In this document: in pieces, positions 1 through 6,715 of the stretch | Position numbering within the stretch: position 1 is the first letter of the stretch | Layout of the letters: every line of letters begins with the position of its first letter | Source: a virus | Lineage: Duplodnaviria; Heunggongvirae; Uroviricota; Caudoviricetes | Strand: one strand, 5' to 3' | Virus record (IMG/VR): IMGVR_UViG_3300048591_000212 | Length of the DNA stretch: 18,186 nucleotides | Notes under the pieces: generated by a model | Database searches by the model: none | Seen by the model: the letters and a program-made list of their open reading frames with translations, nothing else | What the model was told of the DNA's origin: nothing | Translations under genes and position numbers: made by a program

Positions 1-220
1 AGATGTATAATCTTCCGGCACCCAATGTCCTCTCAAGTAACAAACCGTTCGTTCTTTGGGTTTGAGAGGATGCCGACATAAAAACCGTCTAAGGTATCCA
101 GATTGGGTTGGAATAATGTGGAGATGTATAATCTTCCGGCACCCAATGTCCTCTCAAGTAACAAACCGTTCGTTCTTTGGGTTTGAGAGGATGCCGACAT
201 AAAAACCGTCTAAGGTATCC
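1..220. repeat. 99-bp exact direct repeat, period 121 bp, with internal hairpin
   Basis: 1-99 is identical to 122-220, separated by a 22-nt spacer. Each copy has TCCTCTCAA (28-36) complementary to TTGAGAGGA (62-70). The first copy starts at the window edge. Confidence 0.9.
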
Positions 221-238
221 GTTTTAGGGAGATATAAT

Positions 239-634
239 ATGTATTGTGATTTTAATGAATTGGTCGGCAAGGTTTTCTGTAGTGTAACGAAGACGATTTT
301 TTCTTTCTATGGTGATAATGACGCAATCGAATTTATTACAGAAGACGGCGAAAAGTATTGGTTGACTCATTCCCAGAGTTGTTGTGAGTCTGTCTGGATT
401 GAGGACATCTGTGGTGATCTGAATGATCTGGTGGGAACTCCAATTTTGGTTGCCGACGAATCCTCAAGTGTACACCAGCCGCCTCCACCTGATCGAGAAT
501 GGGACTCGTCCCACACATGGACATTCTTTCGTCTGTCAACCATCAAGGGTTCGGTTCAGATTCGTTTTTATGGAACCTCGAATGGTTGTTATTCGGAGAG
601 TGCAAATTTGATCAAGGGCGAAGAATATGTTTAA
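239..634 (+). CDS. conserved phage hypothetical protein (DUF7448-like)
   Basis: SD AGGGAG upstream. The pattern H-x-Q-x-CCESVWIEDICGDLNDLVGTPIL...TWTFFRL.T.KG.V.IRFYG.SNG.YSE recalls a widespread phage family. Confidence 0.8.
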   Translation: MYCDFNELVGKVFCSVTKTIFSFYGDNDAIEFITEDGEKYWLTHSQSCCESVWIEDICGDLNDLVGTPILVADESSSVHQPPPPDREWDSSHTWTFFRLSTIKGSVQIRFYGTSNGCYSESANLIKGEEYV

Positions 635-812
635 TAATATTCTTAAACATCTAAAACGTCTTGGGGCGGGCGCGGCGGCTGTTGGTGGTATTAGTGGTTT
701 CCTAATTGGTCTCGTTTGGCTTCTAGCCAGTTTTCCGCAAACTACTCTTTCTATTATTTTTCTGGTAGCGGTTTATTGTGTTGGAAATACTATTATGGAA
801 GACGGAAGATAA
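627..812 (+). CDS. small membrane protein (two hydrophobic segments)
   Basis: Overlaps the upstream stop. Hydrophobic runs GAGAAAVGGISGFLIGLVWLLA and LSIIFLVAVYCV. Confidence 0.7.
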   Translation: MFNNILKHLKRLGAGAAAVGGISGFLIGLVWLLASFPQTTLSIIFLVAVYCVGNTIMEDGR

Positions 813-833
813 ATGAATTATCGTGAGTAAACT

Positions 834-1046
834 ATGAACAACGAATCAGTTTTTGGAGTATTTTACTTTCACACAGACGGCTATACATATTCCTATGATA
901 CTCTCTGTGTGATTTTTAGGACCAAGAAAGAGGCCGAGGAGCATATTGAAAATTTGCAGATCGGCCAGTCCTTTCTTGAGTTTGAGGAAAACCGAGACAA
1001 TTTCTTCGTTGATGAACTGAAATTTGGGGAGCCTATAGTACAATGA
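834..1046 (+). CDS. phage hypothetical protein
   Basis: 70-aa ORF in the + strand run with a 4-nt overlap into the next ORF. IFRTKKEAEEHI is typical of small phage proteins. Confidence 0.7.
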   Translation: MNNESVFGVFYFHTDGYTYSYDTLCVIFRTKKEAEEHIENLQIGQSFLEFEENRDNFFVDELKFGEPIVQ

Positions 1047-1333
1047 CTCTGAAGCCGGGATTTATCAATCGACAGTTTTTCCGTATAGAAGAGGATTATA
1101 AAACTTGGCCGGAATGGTTGAAGAGGGGCGCTAATATGGAAAACACCAAAAATCAAAAACTGAAATTATATCGAGTATATGATAGGTACGGTGATTACAA
1201 TTATAACCAGTCTAATGAAGAATTCTATATGGCCTTTTCGAAAAAGGAAGTTATTGATGATCTTCGTCGTCGAAAGAAGTGTCCCAATGACTATGATATC
1301 TGGTCTATAAAATTTCGTACCCCAAACCCTTGA
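1043..1333 (+). CDS. hypothetical protein (alternative start 1136)
   Basis: ATGA overlap at 1043. Internal GAGGGG plus ATG at 1136. The stop TGA lies inside the next -35 box. Confidence 0.65.
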   Translation: MTLKPGFINRQFFRIEEDYKTWPEWLKRGANMENTKNQKLKLYRVYDRYGDYNYNQSNEEFYMAFSKKEVIDDLRRRKKCPNDYDIWSIKFRTPNP

Positions 1334-1358
1334 CAGCCTTTCTTCGTCTTGCTATACT
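1330..1358 (+). promoter_or_regulatory. sigma70-type early promoter P1
   Basis: TTGACA (1330-1335), 17 nt, TATACT (1353-1358), extended -10 TGC. ATG lies 8 nt downstream. Confidence 0.85.
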
Positions 1359-1366
1359 GTAGTTGT

Positions 1367-1657
1367 ATGATGATGCTGACGAAAGAAAACCGCAAGAGTC
1401 TTCCGGCTCTGTACTCGACTGAGAAAATCGAAGATCCCATCGCTCAGGTGAAATTCTTCACTCCTTGGTCCAATTGGACTTGGTACATCACTGAGTTTGA
1501 TGGTGATGACACAATGTTTGGTCTGACGATAAGCGGCAACATGTGCGAACTTGGCTACATCTCGTTCTCCGAACTGACTTCTGTTGTTGGTCCGTTTGGC
1601 CTGAAGGTTGAACGGGATCGCTGGTTCTCTCCGACTCCTCTCAGTAAGTGTCGGTAA
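1367..1657 (+). CDS. DUF2958 family protein
   Basis: LPALYSTE...VKFFTPWSNWTWYITEFD...FGL...ELGYISFSEL...GP.GL.VERD.WF matches the DUF2958 pattern. Confidence 0.85.
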   Translation: MMMLTKENRKSLPALYSTEKIEDPIAQVKFFTPWSNWTWYITEFDGDDTMFGLTISGNMCELGYISFSELTSVVGPFGLKVERDRWFSPTPLSKCR

Positions 1658-1763
1658 AATTTTCTGCTTGACTGGACTGGAAGAATCTGGTAGCCAACAA
1701 ACTGAACGGATTGTATCTGGGGTGGATGCGGAAGAAAACAAAGGTATGAAGTTGAAAGGAAAT

Positions 1764-2012
1764 ATGAATATTATGAGAACTCGAAAATTTAAGCCGACTC
1801 AAGATTTGGTTGCTTATTTACTTCTAATGGAAGCAGAAGCGGCTGGCGCGGACTTGACTACCAAAGATCTACAAAAGTTGGGAATGAAGAATGTTCCTGC
1901 GGTTATGTCCAAGGTTCGCAGGAAGTGGTGTTCCGTCACCAATTTTAATGATTCGTTCGGTTCCTATTGGTGGATCACAAAGAATGAAGATGTCATCATA
2001 AATTTTCAATAA
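1764..2012 (+). CDS. hypothetical protein, possible winged-helix DNA binder (start uncertain: 1746/1764/1773)
   Basis: The ORF track start at 1608 overlaps the previous gene. AAGGA precedes ATG 1764. Helical LTTKDLQKLGMKNVPAVMSKVRRK is followed by a beta-like SYWWI. Confidence 0.55.
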   Translation: MNIMRTRKFKPTQDLVAYLLLMEAEAAGADLTTKDLQKLGMKNVPAVMSKVRRKWCSVTNFNDSFGSYWWITKNEDVIINFQ

Positions 2013-2125
2013 TTGAGTTTGGGTGTAGAAAGAAACGCAGACGCAAGACGGCAGGAATGATTCGCCTGTTGGTCGGTGGAACGAATCGTGAAATCCTAGC
2101 TCTACACCCAGAGCCAAATTTTTAC

Positions 2126-2154
2126 TTGAAAAGAAACTTCTGAACTGGTATACT
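2126..2154 (+). promoter_or_regulatory. sigma70-type early promoter P2
   Basis: TTGAAA, 17 nt, TATACT with TGG extension. ATG 2161 is 6 nt downstream. Confidence 0.8.
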
Positions 2155-2160
2155 CTAAAT

Positions 2161-2454
2161 ATGACGAAAAACAAACGAAAGCTCGTTAGCGATAAGGCCA
2201 TCTTTTTTGGTGGTGATGTGCCTCTCGGTGATCTTCTCCCAACGGCGAATGCCATCTTTGCTGTGGATTCGTTCGCATCGTTGGAGTACAAGTTACTGAA
2301 TGATGAAGAACAGATTGTCATCTACTTTCTCCGTCCTGAGACGGATGAAGAGATGGATAACAGAATCCTTGCTGAGAGTCCGAAAGAATTTGATCATGAA
2401 GAAGTCATGCGAGAGATGTATGAGGTTTTGAAAAAAAGATTCGATTGCGCTTGA
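2161..2454 (+). CDS. hypothetical protein (leaderless)
   Basis: 97-aa ORF starting at the predicted +1 of P2. Its stop lies within the next TTGACA. Confidence 0.75.
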   Translation: MTKNKRKLVSDKAIFFGGDVPLGDLLPTANAIFAVDSFASLEYKLLNDEEQIVIYFLRPETDEEMDNRILAESPKEFDHEEVMREMYEVLKKRFDCA

Positions 2455-2479
2455 CAACCACCTTCCAGACTGATATACT
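2451..2479 (+). promoter_or_regulatory. sigma70-type early promoter P3
   Basis: TTGACA, 17 nt, TATACT with TGA extension. ATG 2486 is 6 nt downstream. Confidence 0.88.
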
Positions 2480-2485
2480 CTAAGT

Positions 2486-3139
2486 ATGGCAATCAGAAGA
2501 ATGTTGACAGCGAAAACGGAAACCGAAGCCCGCGCCGAGATGGAGCGGATCGGTGGACAGGAACTCTACAAGCTGGACGAACACGACATCTGGATGTGCT
2601 TGACTCATGCGGGTCTGTGCATCTGCGACTACGAGAGGAACGGCTACGACGATTCCGACTTTCACATGATCGTCTGGAATCCCGAAACCAAAACGACTGA
2701 AGATATTTGCTTCGCCACGACTCGCGGCTGGACCTACCCCTGCTACGGTTCGGCGGCTGATCTCACTCCCGACAATGAGAAGGAAGTTCGGGAGTACATC
2801 TACAATTTTTCGAAGCAGGCGCGGCTGAATCACTTTGAGAAGGAAGCGAAGAAAATCGATTGGGCTAAGACTGTGAAGGTGGCTCGTGGACGCAAGGTTC
2901 CGATTGGGACGGTTGCGGAAGTCTTCTGGTATGGCGCAAATCGGTTTGGTGGTTTCTCGGTTGGTCTTCGTCATGTGGACGGAAGCCGGGTGTTCACGGA
3001 TGCCAAGAATGTTGAAGTGGTGAATTGGGAATCCTATCTTCCGGTTGATCGTGAGGAGCGGGCTTCTCAATGGGCTGAGTACCAGTCCCAGAATCTCTAT
3101 GCGGCAAGGGGCCTCGCTTACATGAGCGCGGCCCTTTAG
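2486..3139 (+). CDS. conserved phage hypothetical protein (leaderless)
   Basis: 217 aa. The motifs ERNGYDDSDF and VKVARGRKVPIGTVAEVFW (SH3-like C-terminus) recall a widespread phage family. Confidence 0.8.
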   Translation: MAIRRMLTAKTETEARAEMERIGGQELYKLDEHDIWMCLTHAGLCICDYERNGYDDSDFHMIVWNPETKTTEDICFATTRGWTYPCYGSAADLTPDNEKEVREYIYNFSKQARLNHFEKEAKKIDWAKTVKVARGRKVPIGTVAEVFWYGANRFGGFSVGLRHVDGSRVFTDAKNVEVVNWESYLPVDREERASQWAEYQSQNLYAARGLAYMSAAL

Positions 3140-3150
3140 ACCGCCAAACT

Positions 3151-3204
3151 TTTTCAAAAACTTTTCGAAAAACTGTTGACAACGACTGCTCAGATTGGTA
3201 TACT
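3151..3204 (+). promoter_or_regulatory. sigma70-type early promoter P4 with upstream tandem TTTTC(A/G)AAAA boxes
   Basis: TTGACA 3176-3181, TATACT 3199-3204, ATG 6 nt downstream. Boxes at 3151 and 3162. Confidence 0.88.
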
Positions 3205-3210
3205 TTATAC

Positions 3211-4254
3211 ATGGGACGAAACAAAGCAAACACAGACAAAGAGATTCGGACGATGGTTGAAGCGATGGTCGCGGTATGTGGAGAAGTGGTTTCTCGCGCT
3301 GATGTTCTTGACTATTGCAATCGCTTCGGAATCAAGAATCCGAATCAGTTCACGAAGGTTTCGGCTGGTTGGGGTCTGTATGATGTTTCCGGTTTTCTGA
3401 AGGGAACTCCGGTCAACGTCAGCCAGAAGCAACCTGAAGCGGTTGAAGTTGCTGAAAACGAAACGGTTTCCTCTGAACTCTCTGAGGACGAAATTCGGAA
3501 CACTCAGCGCCGCCTGTTTGGTGTGGTTGACCGCATGGTTCAGGGTGTTATCAATGGTTCAGTTCGGGCGATGGTGATTGCTGGACCTCCCGGTATCGGC
3601 AAGACTTACGGGACGGAATATGCTCTTGAGTCGGCGGAAGCTGACGGCAAGATCAAGTTTACTTCGATGCGCGGCTACTCGCGTGCGACTGGTTTGTTCA
3701 AGCTGCTGTACGAAAATTCTGACAAAAATTGTGTCCTGTTGATTGACGATGCTGACAACATCTTCAATGATGACGTTTCGATGAATCTTCTGAAGACGGC
3801 TCTGGACACTTCACATCGGAGGATCATTTCGTGGCGCAGTGAAAAGACTTTCACCACCGAACTTGGTGATGAAATTCCTCGCTCGTTTGAGTTCAAGGGT
3901 TCTGTGATCTTCATCACGAATCTGAACTTTGAGAAGATCGTCCGGCGCGGTGGGCCGATGGCTCCTCACATGGAAGCTCTCATGTCTCGCTCGTTCTATG
4001 TCGATCTGAACATGGATTCTGATCGGGAACGTCTGATTCGAATTTTCGATGTTCTGGAAAATTCCGACATGCCCACGATTCATTCGATCAACGGCGAACA
4101 GGTTGGTATCATCAAGTCCTTCCTGAAGGATAACTACAATCGAATGAGGGAGTTGTCGCTTCGTTCGGTGGTCAAGCTGGTGGGTATCATGCGGTTCGCC
4201 GAGTCGGTGGACGACTTCAAGCGGGTTGCTGAAGTGACTTGCCTGAAGAAGTAG
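3211..4254 (+). CDS. AAA+ ATPase with N-terminal putative winged-helix module
   Basis: Walker A GPPGIGKT, Walker B LLIDDAD, sensor-1-like VIFITN, Arg-finger-like ALMSRS. Confidence 0.88.
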   Translation: MGRNKANTDKEIRTMVEAMVAVCGEVVSRADVLDYCNRFGIKNPNQFTKVSAGWGLYDVSGFLKGTPVNVSQKQPEAVEVAENETVSSELSEDEIRNTQRRLFGVVDRMVQGVINGSVRAMVIAGPPGIGKTYGTEYALESAEADGKIKFTSMRGYSRATGLFKLLYENSDKNCVLLIDDADNIFNDDVSMNLLKTALDTSHRRIISWRSEKTFTTELGDEIPRSFEFKGSVIFITNLNFEKIVRRGGPMAPHMEALMSRSFYVDLNMDSDRERLIRIFDVLENSDMPTIHSINGEQVGIIKSFLKDNYNRMRELSLRSVVKLVGIMRFAESVDDFKRVAEVTCLKK

Positions 4255-4382
4255 AAAATGCCCATAGAGGCGTCGAAGCGGGGTGTCCTATACCCAACCA
4301 TAGGACACCCCAATCGGAGGGCTTAGAATCGATTTTCAGGAAATCCGGCCTCGTGTTATCAACAACTTACGAAGCCGGATTT
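4255..4382. repeat. structured intergenic element copy A
   Basis: 12-bp perfect stem GGGGTGTCCTAT/ATAGGACACCCC (4280-4311), TAGAATCGATTTT (4324-4336), and a second hairpin AAATCCGGC/GCCGGATTT (4341-4382) enclosing TGTTATCAACAACTTA. Related to 5739-5849. The second hairpin is followed by Ts and may also be a terminator. Confidence 0.8.
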
Positions 4383-4412
4383 TTGGTGTGGGCGAGTCGG
4401 CGATTTGAGAAG

Positions 4413-4466
4413 TTTTGGAAAAATTTTTGGAAAACAGTTGACAGACGGATTCAGAACTGCTATACT
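4413..4466 (+). promoter_or_regulatory. sigma70-type early promoter P5 with upstream tandem TTTTGGAAAA boxes
   Basis: TTGACA 4438-4443, TATACT 4461-4466, ATG 4473. Boxes at 4413 and 4425. Confidence 0.88.
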
Positions 4467-4472
4467 AAAATC

Positions 4473-4760
4473 ATGGAAAACAAAATCACTCTCGAAAAGA
4501 TGGTTCGGAAGGGTTCGGAAGAAAACTTCTACCTCGTTCGGCGGAACGGGTTTCTGATTGGGTTTCTTTCCAAGTTTAAGAATACTCGTGGAGAGATTCA
4601 TCCTTGGAAGGCATTCGGAATGCGGCGAGATTTTGAGGGAGCATGGATCGTGGATCATGGACAGTTCAAGGCGTTTTATGAGGAGCATGGAGGGAAGGCC
4701 GCTGCGATTCATCAGGTCGTGAAGTTTTTTGATGCAAAATTTCCGATGTTTGTTGCTTGA
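4473..4760 (+). CDS. hypothetical protein (leaderless)
   Basis: The true start is the ATG 6 nt after the P5 -10 box. The ORF track extension to 4239 crosses the intergenic element. Confidence 0.78.
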   Translation: MENKITLEKMVRKGSEENFYLVRRNGFLIGFLSKFKNTRGEIHPWKAFGMRRDFEGAWIVDHGQFKAFYEEHGGKAAAIHQVVKFFDAKFPMFVA

Positions 4761-4763
4761 CAC

Positions 4764-4792
4764 TTGACAAGTGATTCCTGAACTGGTAGAAT
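4764..4792 (+). promoter_or_regulatory. sigma70-type early promoter P6
   Basis: TTGACA, 17 nt, TAGAAT with TGG extension. ATG 4799 is 6 nt downstream. An extra TTGACA lies at 4757. Confidence 0.85.
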
Positions 4793-4798
4793 AAAACT

Positions 4799-5179
4799 AT
4801 GAGCAAAACGATTCACTGCACAAACGGTCTGAAACTTTCCGAAAACCGTTATGGTTTTGTCAAGATTTCGATAGGCGACAAGGAGTACCACACCGGAGTC
4901 TCCAAGGAAACCCTAAAGGGTATGACCTGTAAGGAAATCTTGAATCATGTGATCAAAATGGACGCGTCGTTGATTGCCTTGCGTAGTCTTCACAACAGCC
5001 GAACCTCTCCGGTTGGTATCGGATACATCGGAAACCTTGAATCATGGGGCGACGACCGGGGCTGGTATGCTAAGTGGAACGGCAAAAAGATCTACTCCGG
5101 TGTCCGCACTTGGGATATTCAAAAACTCTGGGACAAGGTTACGGAATACGCAATCAAAATTTCTAAAGAAACTGCTTGA
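4799..5179 (+). CDS. hypothetical protein (leaderless)
   Basis: 126-aa ORF bounded by P6 and a stop inside the P7 -35 box. Confidence 0.78.
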   Translation: MSKTIHCTNGLKLSENRYGFVKISIGDKEYHTGVSKETLKGMTCKEILNHVIKMDASLIALRSLHNSRTSPVGIGYIGNLESWGDDRGWYAKWNGKKIYSGVRTWDIQKLWDKVTEYAIKISKETA

Positions 5180-5204
5180 CACCTCGCCCCCAGACTGCTA
5201 TACT
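5176..5204 (+). promoter_or_regulatory. sigma70-type early promoter P7
   Basis: TTGACA, 17 nt, TATACT with TGC extension. ATG 5211 is 6 nt downstream. Confidence 0.88.
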
Positions 5205-5210
5205 TAAATC

Positions 5211-5741
5211 ATGGGAACGACACACATAGCTAAAACGACTCCGGTGACGGAAAAGACGGCTGAAGAGTGGCGGCAGGATGCCACAAGGCAGGAACAGATT
5301 CGTGAAGATTCTTGGGAACGGTCTGACACCGACGGGTTTCTGACTCAGTGGGCTGCTGGCATCAATTCCTCTCTTTCCATTCGGAAGGCTGAGATTGCTG
5401 AAAATGGTGGTCTCTGGAACTTTGCTGGTCTCTGCGATGCGAAGACTGGTGAGCGCATCAAGGCGAAAATGGTATATGTTGCGAACAAGTTCGCCCCTTG
5501 GCGGGGTGATGTTGCCCGTTGGGTTGTTCTGGACGAGAACAATAAGGCGATTCTTTGGCTTCCCGTTGGTGCCAATTCCCGCAAGCAGAAGGCTTTGGGC
5601 TTCTGTGAGAAACGTGAACAGGCACCCGCCGATGCTGTTCTGGAAGGTAAGGGCTATGGTCTGAGCGGTTCTTGTTGGGTGAGTGTGATTCGTCGGGACA
5701 AGGGATATCCCGAAGGCGCAAAGATCTGGAAACAGTCCTAG
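5211..5741 (+). CDS. conserved phage hypothetical protein (leaderless)
   Basis: 176 aa. The SWERSDTDGFLTQWAAG motif recalls a phage family. Confidence 0.8.
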   Translation: MGTTHIAKTTPVTEKTAEEWRQDATRQEQIREDSWERSDTDGFLTQWAAGINSSLSIRKAEIAENGGLWNFAGLCDAKTGERIKAKMVYVANKFAPWRGDVARWVVLDENNKAILWLPVGANSRKQKALGFCEKREQAPADAVLEGKGYGLSGSCWVSVIRRDKGYPEGAKIWKQS

Positions 5742-5849
5742 AATCGATTTTAAGATGCCCGGTGAGGGTTGAGTATAGGAAGGCCCTCACCGATGCGTCT
5801 GGGGCGATTTTCGGGAAAACTGGTATTGTGTTTTCAATGACTTACGAAA
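5739..5849. repeat. structured intergenic element copy B
   Basis: TAGAATCGATTTT (5739-5751), 9-bp stem CGGTGAGGG/CCCTCACCG (5760-5792) around GGTTGAGTATAGGA, then TGTTTTCAATGACTTA (5829-5844). Confidence 0.8.
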
Positions 5850-5856
5850 GGCAAAA

Positions 5857-6126
5857 ATGAGGTCTGTAAACGGTTTTGAGCATACGATGATGATCTGGTC
5901 CGAGAGGCCGAACGATCCGAAGGCGGCTGAGGTTTCCTTGGAGAAGTGGTCTAGTCGAACCGGGAAGACTTTTTATTACAATTTGTACAAAAATGTTCCG
6001 GCTGGCCTCTGTGGGCCAGTTGGTTCGTTCCGATCTGAGAAGATGGCGTTGCGGATGGTTACTCGCATTTTCCCAACCTACACTCCGATCTATAATTTTC
6101 GGACTGCCAAGTACAAGATTCCCTAG
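5857..6126 (+). CDS. hypothetical protein
   Basis: 89-aa ORF with AAGG upstream and codon usage like its neighbours. Confidence 0.7.
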   Translation: MRSVNGFEHTMMIWSERPNDPKAAEVSLEKWSSRTGKTFYYNLYKNVPAGLCGPVGSFRSEKMALRMVTRIFPTYTPIYNFRTAKYKIP

Positions 6127-6188
6127 TGTTTGAAGAAGTCGATGGTGACGAAGGTAGTGAAGATTGCTAAAACTAGTAGTACAGTCAT
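6123..6188 (-). CDS. 21-aa hydrophobic peptide MTVLLVLAIFTTFVTIDFFKH
   Basis: Read by hand on the minus strand, ATG to TAG. Its stop overlaps the convergent stop of the 5857-6126 gene (CTAG). Confidence 0.5.
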   Translation of the reverse strand: MTVLLVLAIFTTFVTIDFFKH

Positions 6189-6255
6189 ACTGTTTTACTA
6201 GCAATTCGAGGGCCAAAGTATAAGTCCTTTGTTTTGAGTGAGAGTATTGTTGACT

Positions 6256-6319
6256 GGTGTGGTAGAATCCTACACAAATTCCTAAGCTATTGAAAACAGG
6301 AGTCGGATTCTACCACACC
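6256..6319. repeat. 15-bp perfect inverted repeat enclosing the 16-bp motif
   Basis: GGTGTGGTAGAATCC (6256-6270) and GGATTCTACCACACC (6305-6319). Inner TCCT/AGGA flanks TAAGCTATTGAAAACA (6283-6298). Confidence 0.85.
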
Positions 6320-6356
6320 GGGGATGGTGAATTTCTACAGGAAAGAGGTTATTGTT

Positions 6357-6684
6357 ATGGAAATCACATACGCAGCATTCGTTAACACGACAGATCCTCC
6401 TCTGTTCTCTCGTGTGGTGGGGGTTTTTGTTAGTGCCGCTCCGCTTGTTGGAACAAAGAAACTTCAGGTAACTGTTTTGACGGAGAGGACTTTACCCGCA
6501 TCCTGATGCCCCAAATGATGCACGCATCCAGACCATTGTTCCAGACACGTTCGAAGTTAGCCCGACGGATCAAAATTATCCCCACTTCTATCTTCTTTAT
6601 ATGGCTATCGAGGCCGCAAAGAAGGTAGATCCTAACCTTTCTGACCCCAAGATTCCGACCCACATAAAGAGTGGTCGGCCTTGA
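6357..6684 (+). pseudogene. probable single ~108-aa gene split by a +1 frameshift near 6481-6503
   Basis: The SD-led ORF MEITY... stops at 6506. The +1 frame is open 6481-6684 (YPHPDAPNDARIQ...KSGRP) and ends on the TGA of the next TTGACA, as several neighbouring genes do. Confidence 0.5.
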
Positions 6685-6709
6685 CAATTTCCCGAAAAAG
6701 TGCTATACT
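6681..6709 (+). promoter_or_regulatory. sigma70-type early promoter P8
   Basis: TTGACA, 17 nt, TATACT. ATG 6716 is 6 nt downstream. Confidence 0.88.
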
Positions 6710-6715
6710 TTAGTT

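Noticed and set aside
1-220. CRISPR array or HDV-like/theta ribozyme reading of the tandem repeat
   Set aside because: The 99-nt unit and single 22-nt spacer do not fit CRISPR geometry. There is no room for P4 and the catalytic C between the putative P1' and P2' strands.
1668-1696. Possible promoter TTGACT-17-TAGCCA
   Set aside because: The -10 is poor and no start codon lies at the usual 6-8 nt distance.
4239-4472. N-terminal extension of the 4239-4760 track ORF
   Set aside because: It runs across the hairpin element and promoter P5. The real start is 4473.
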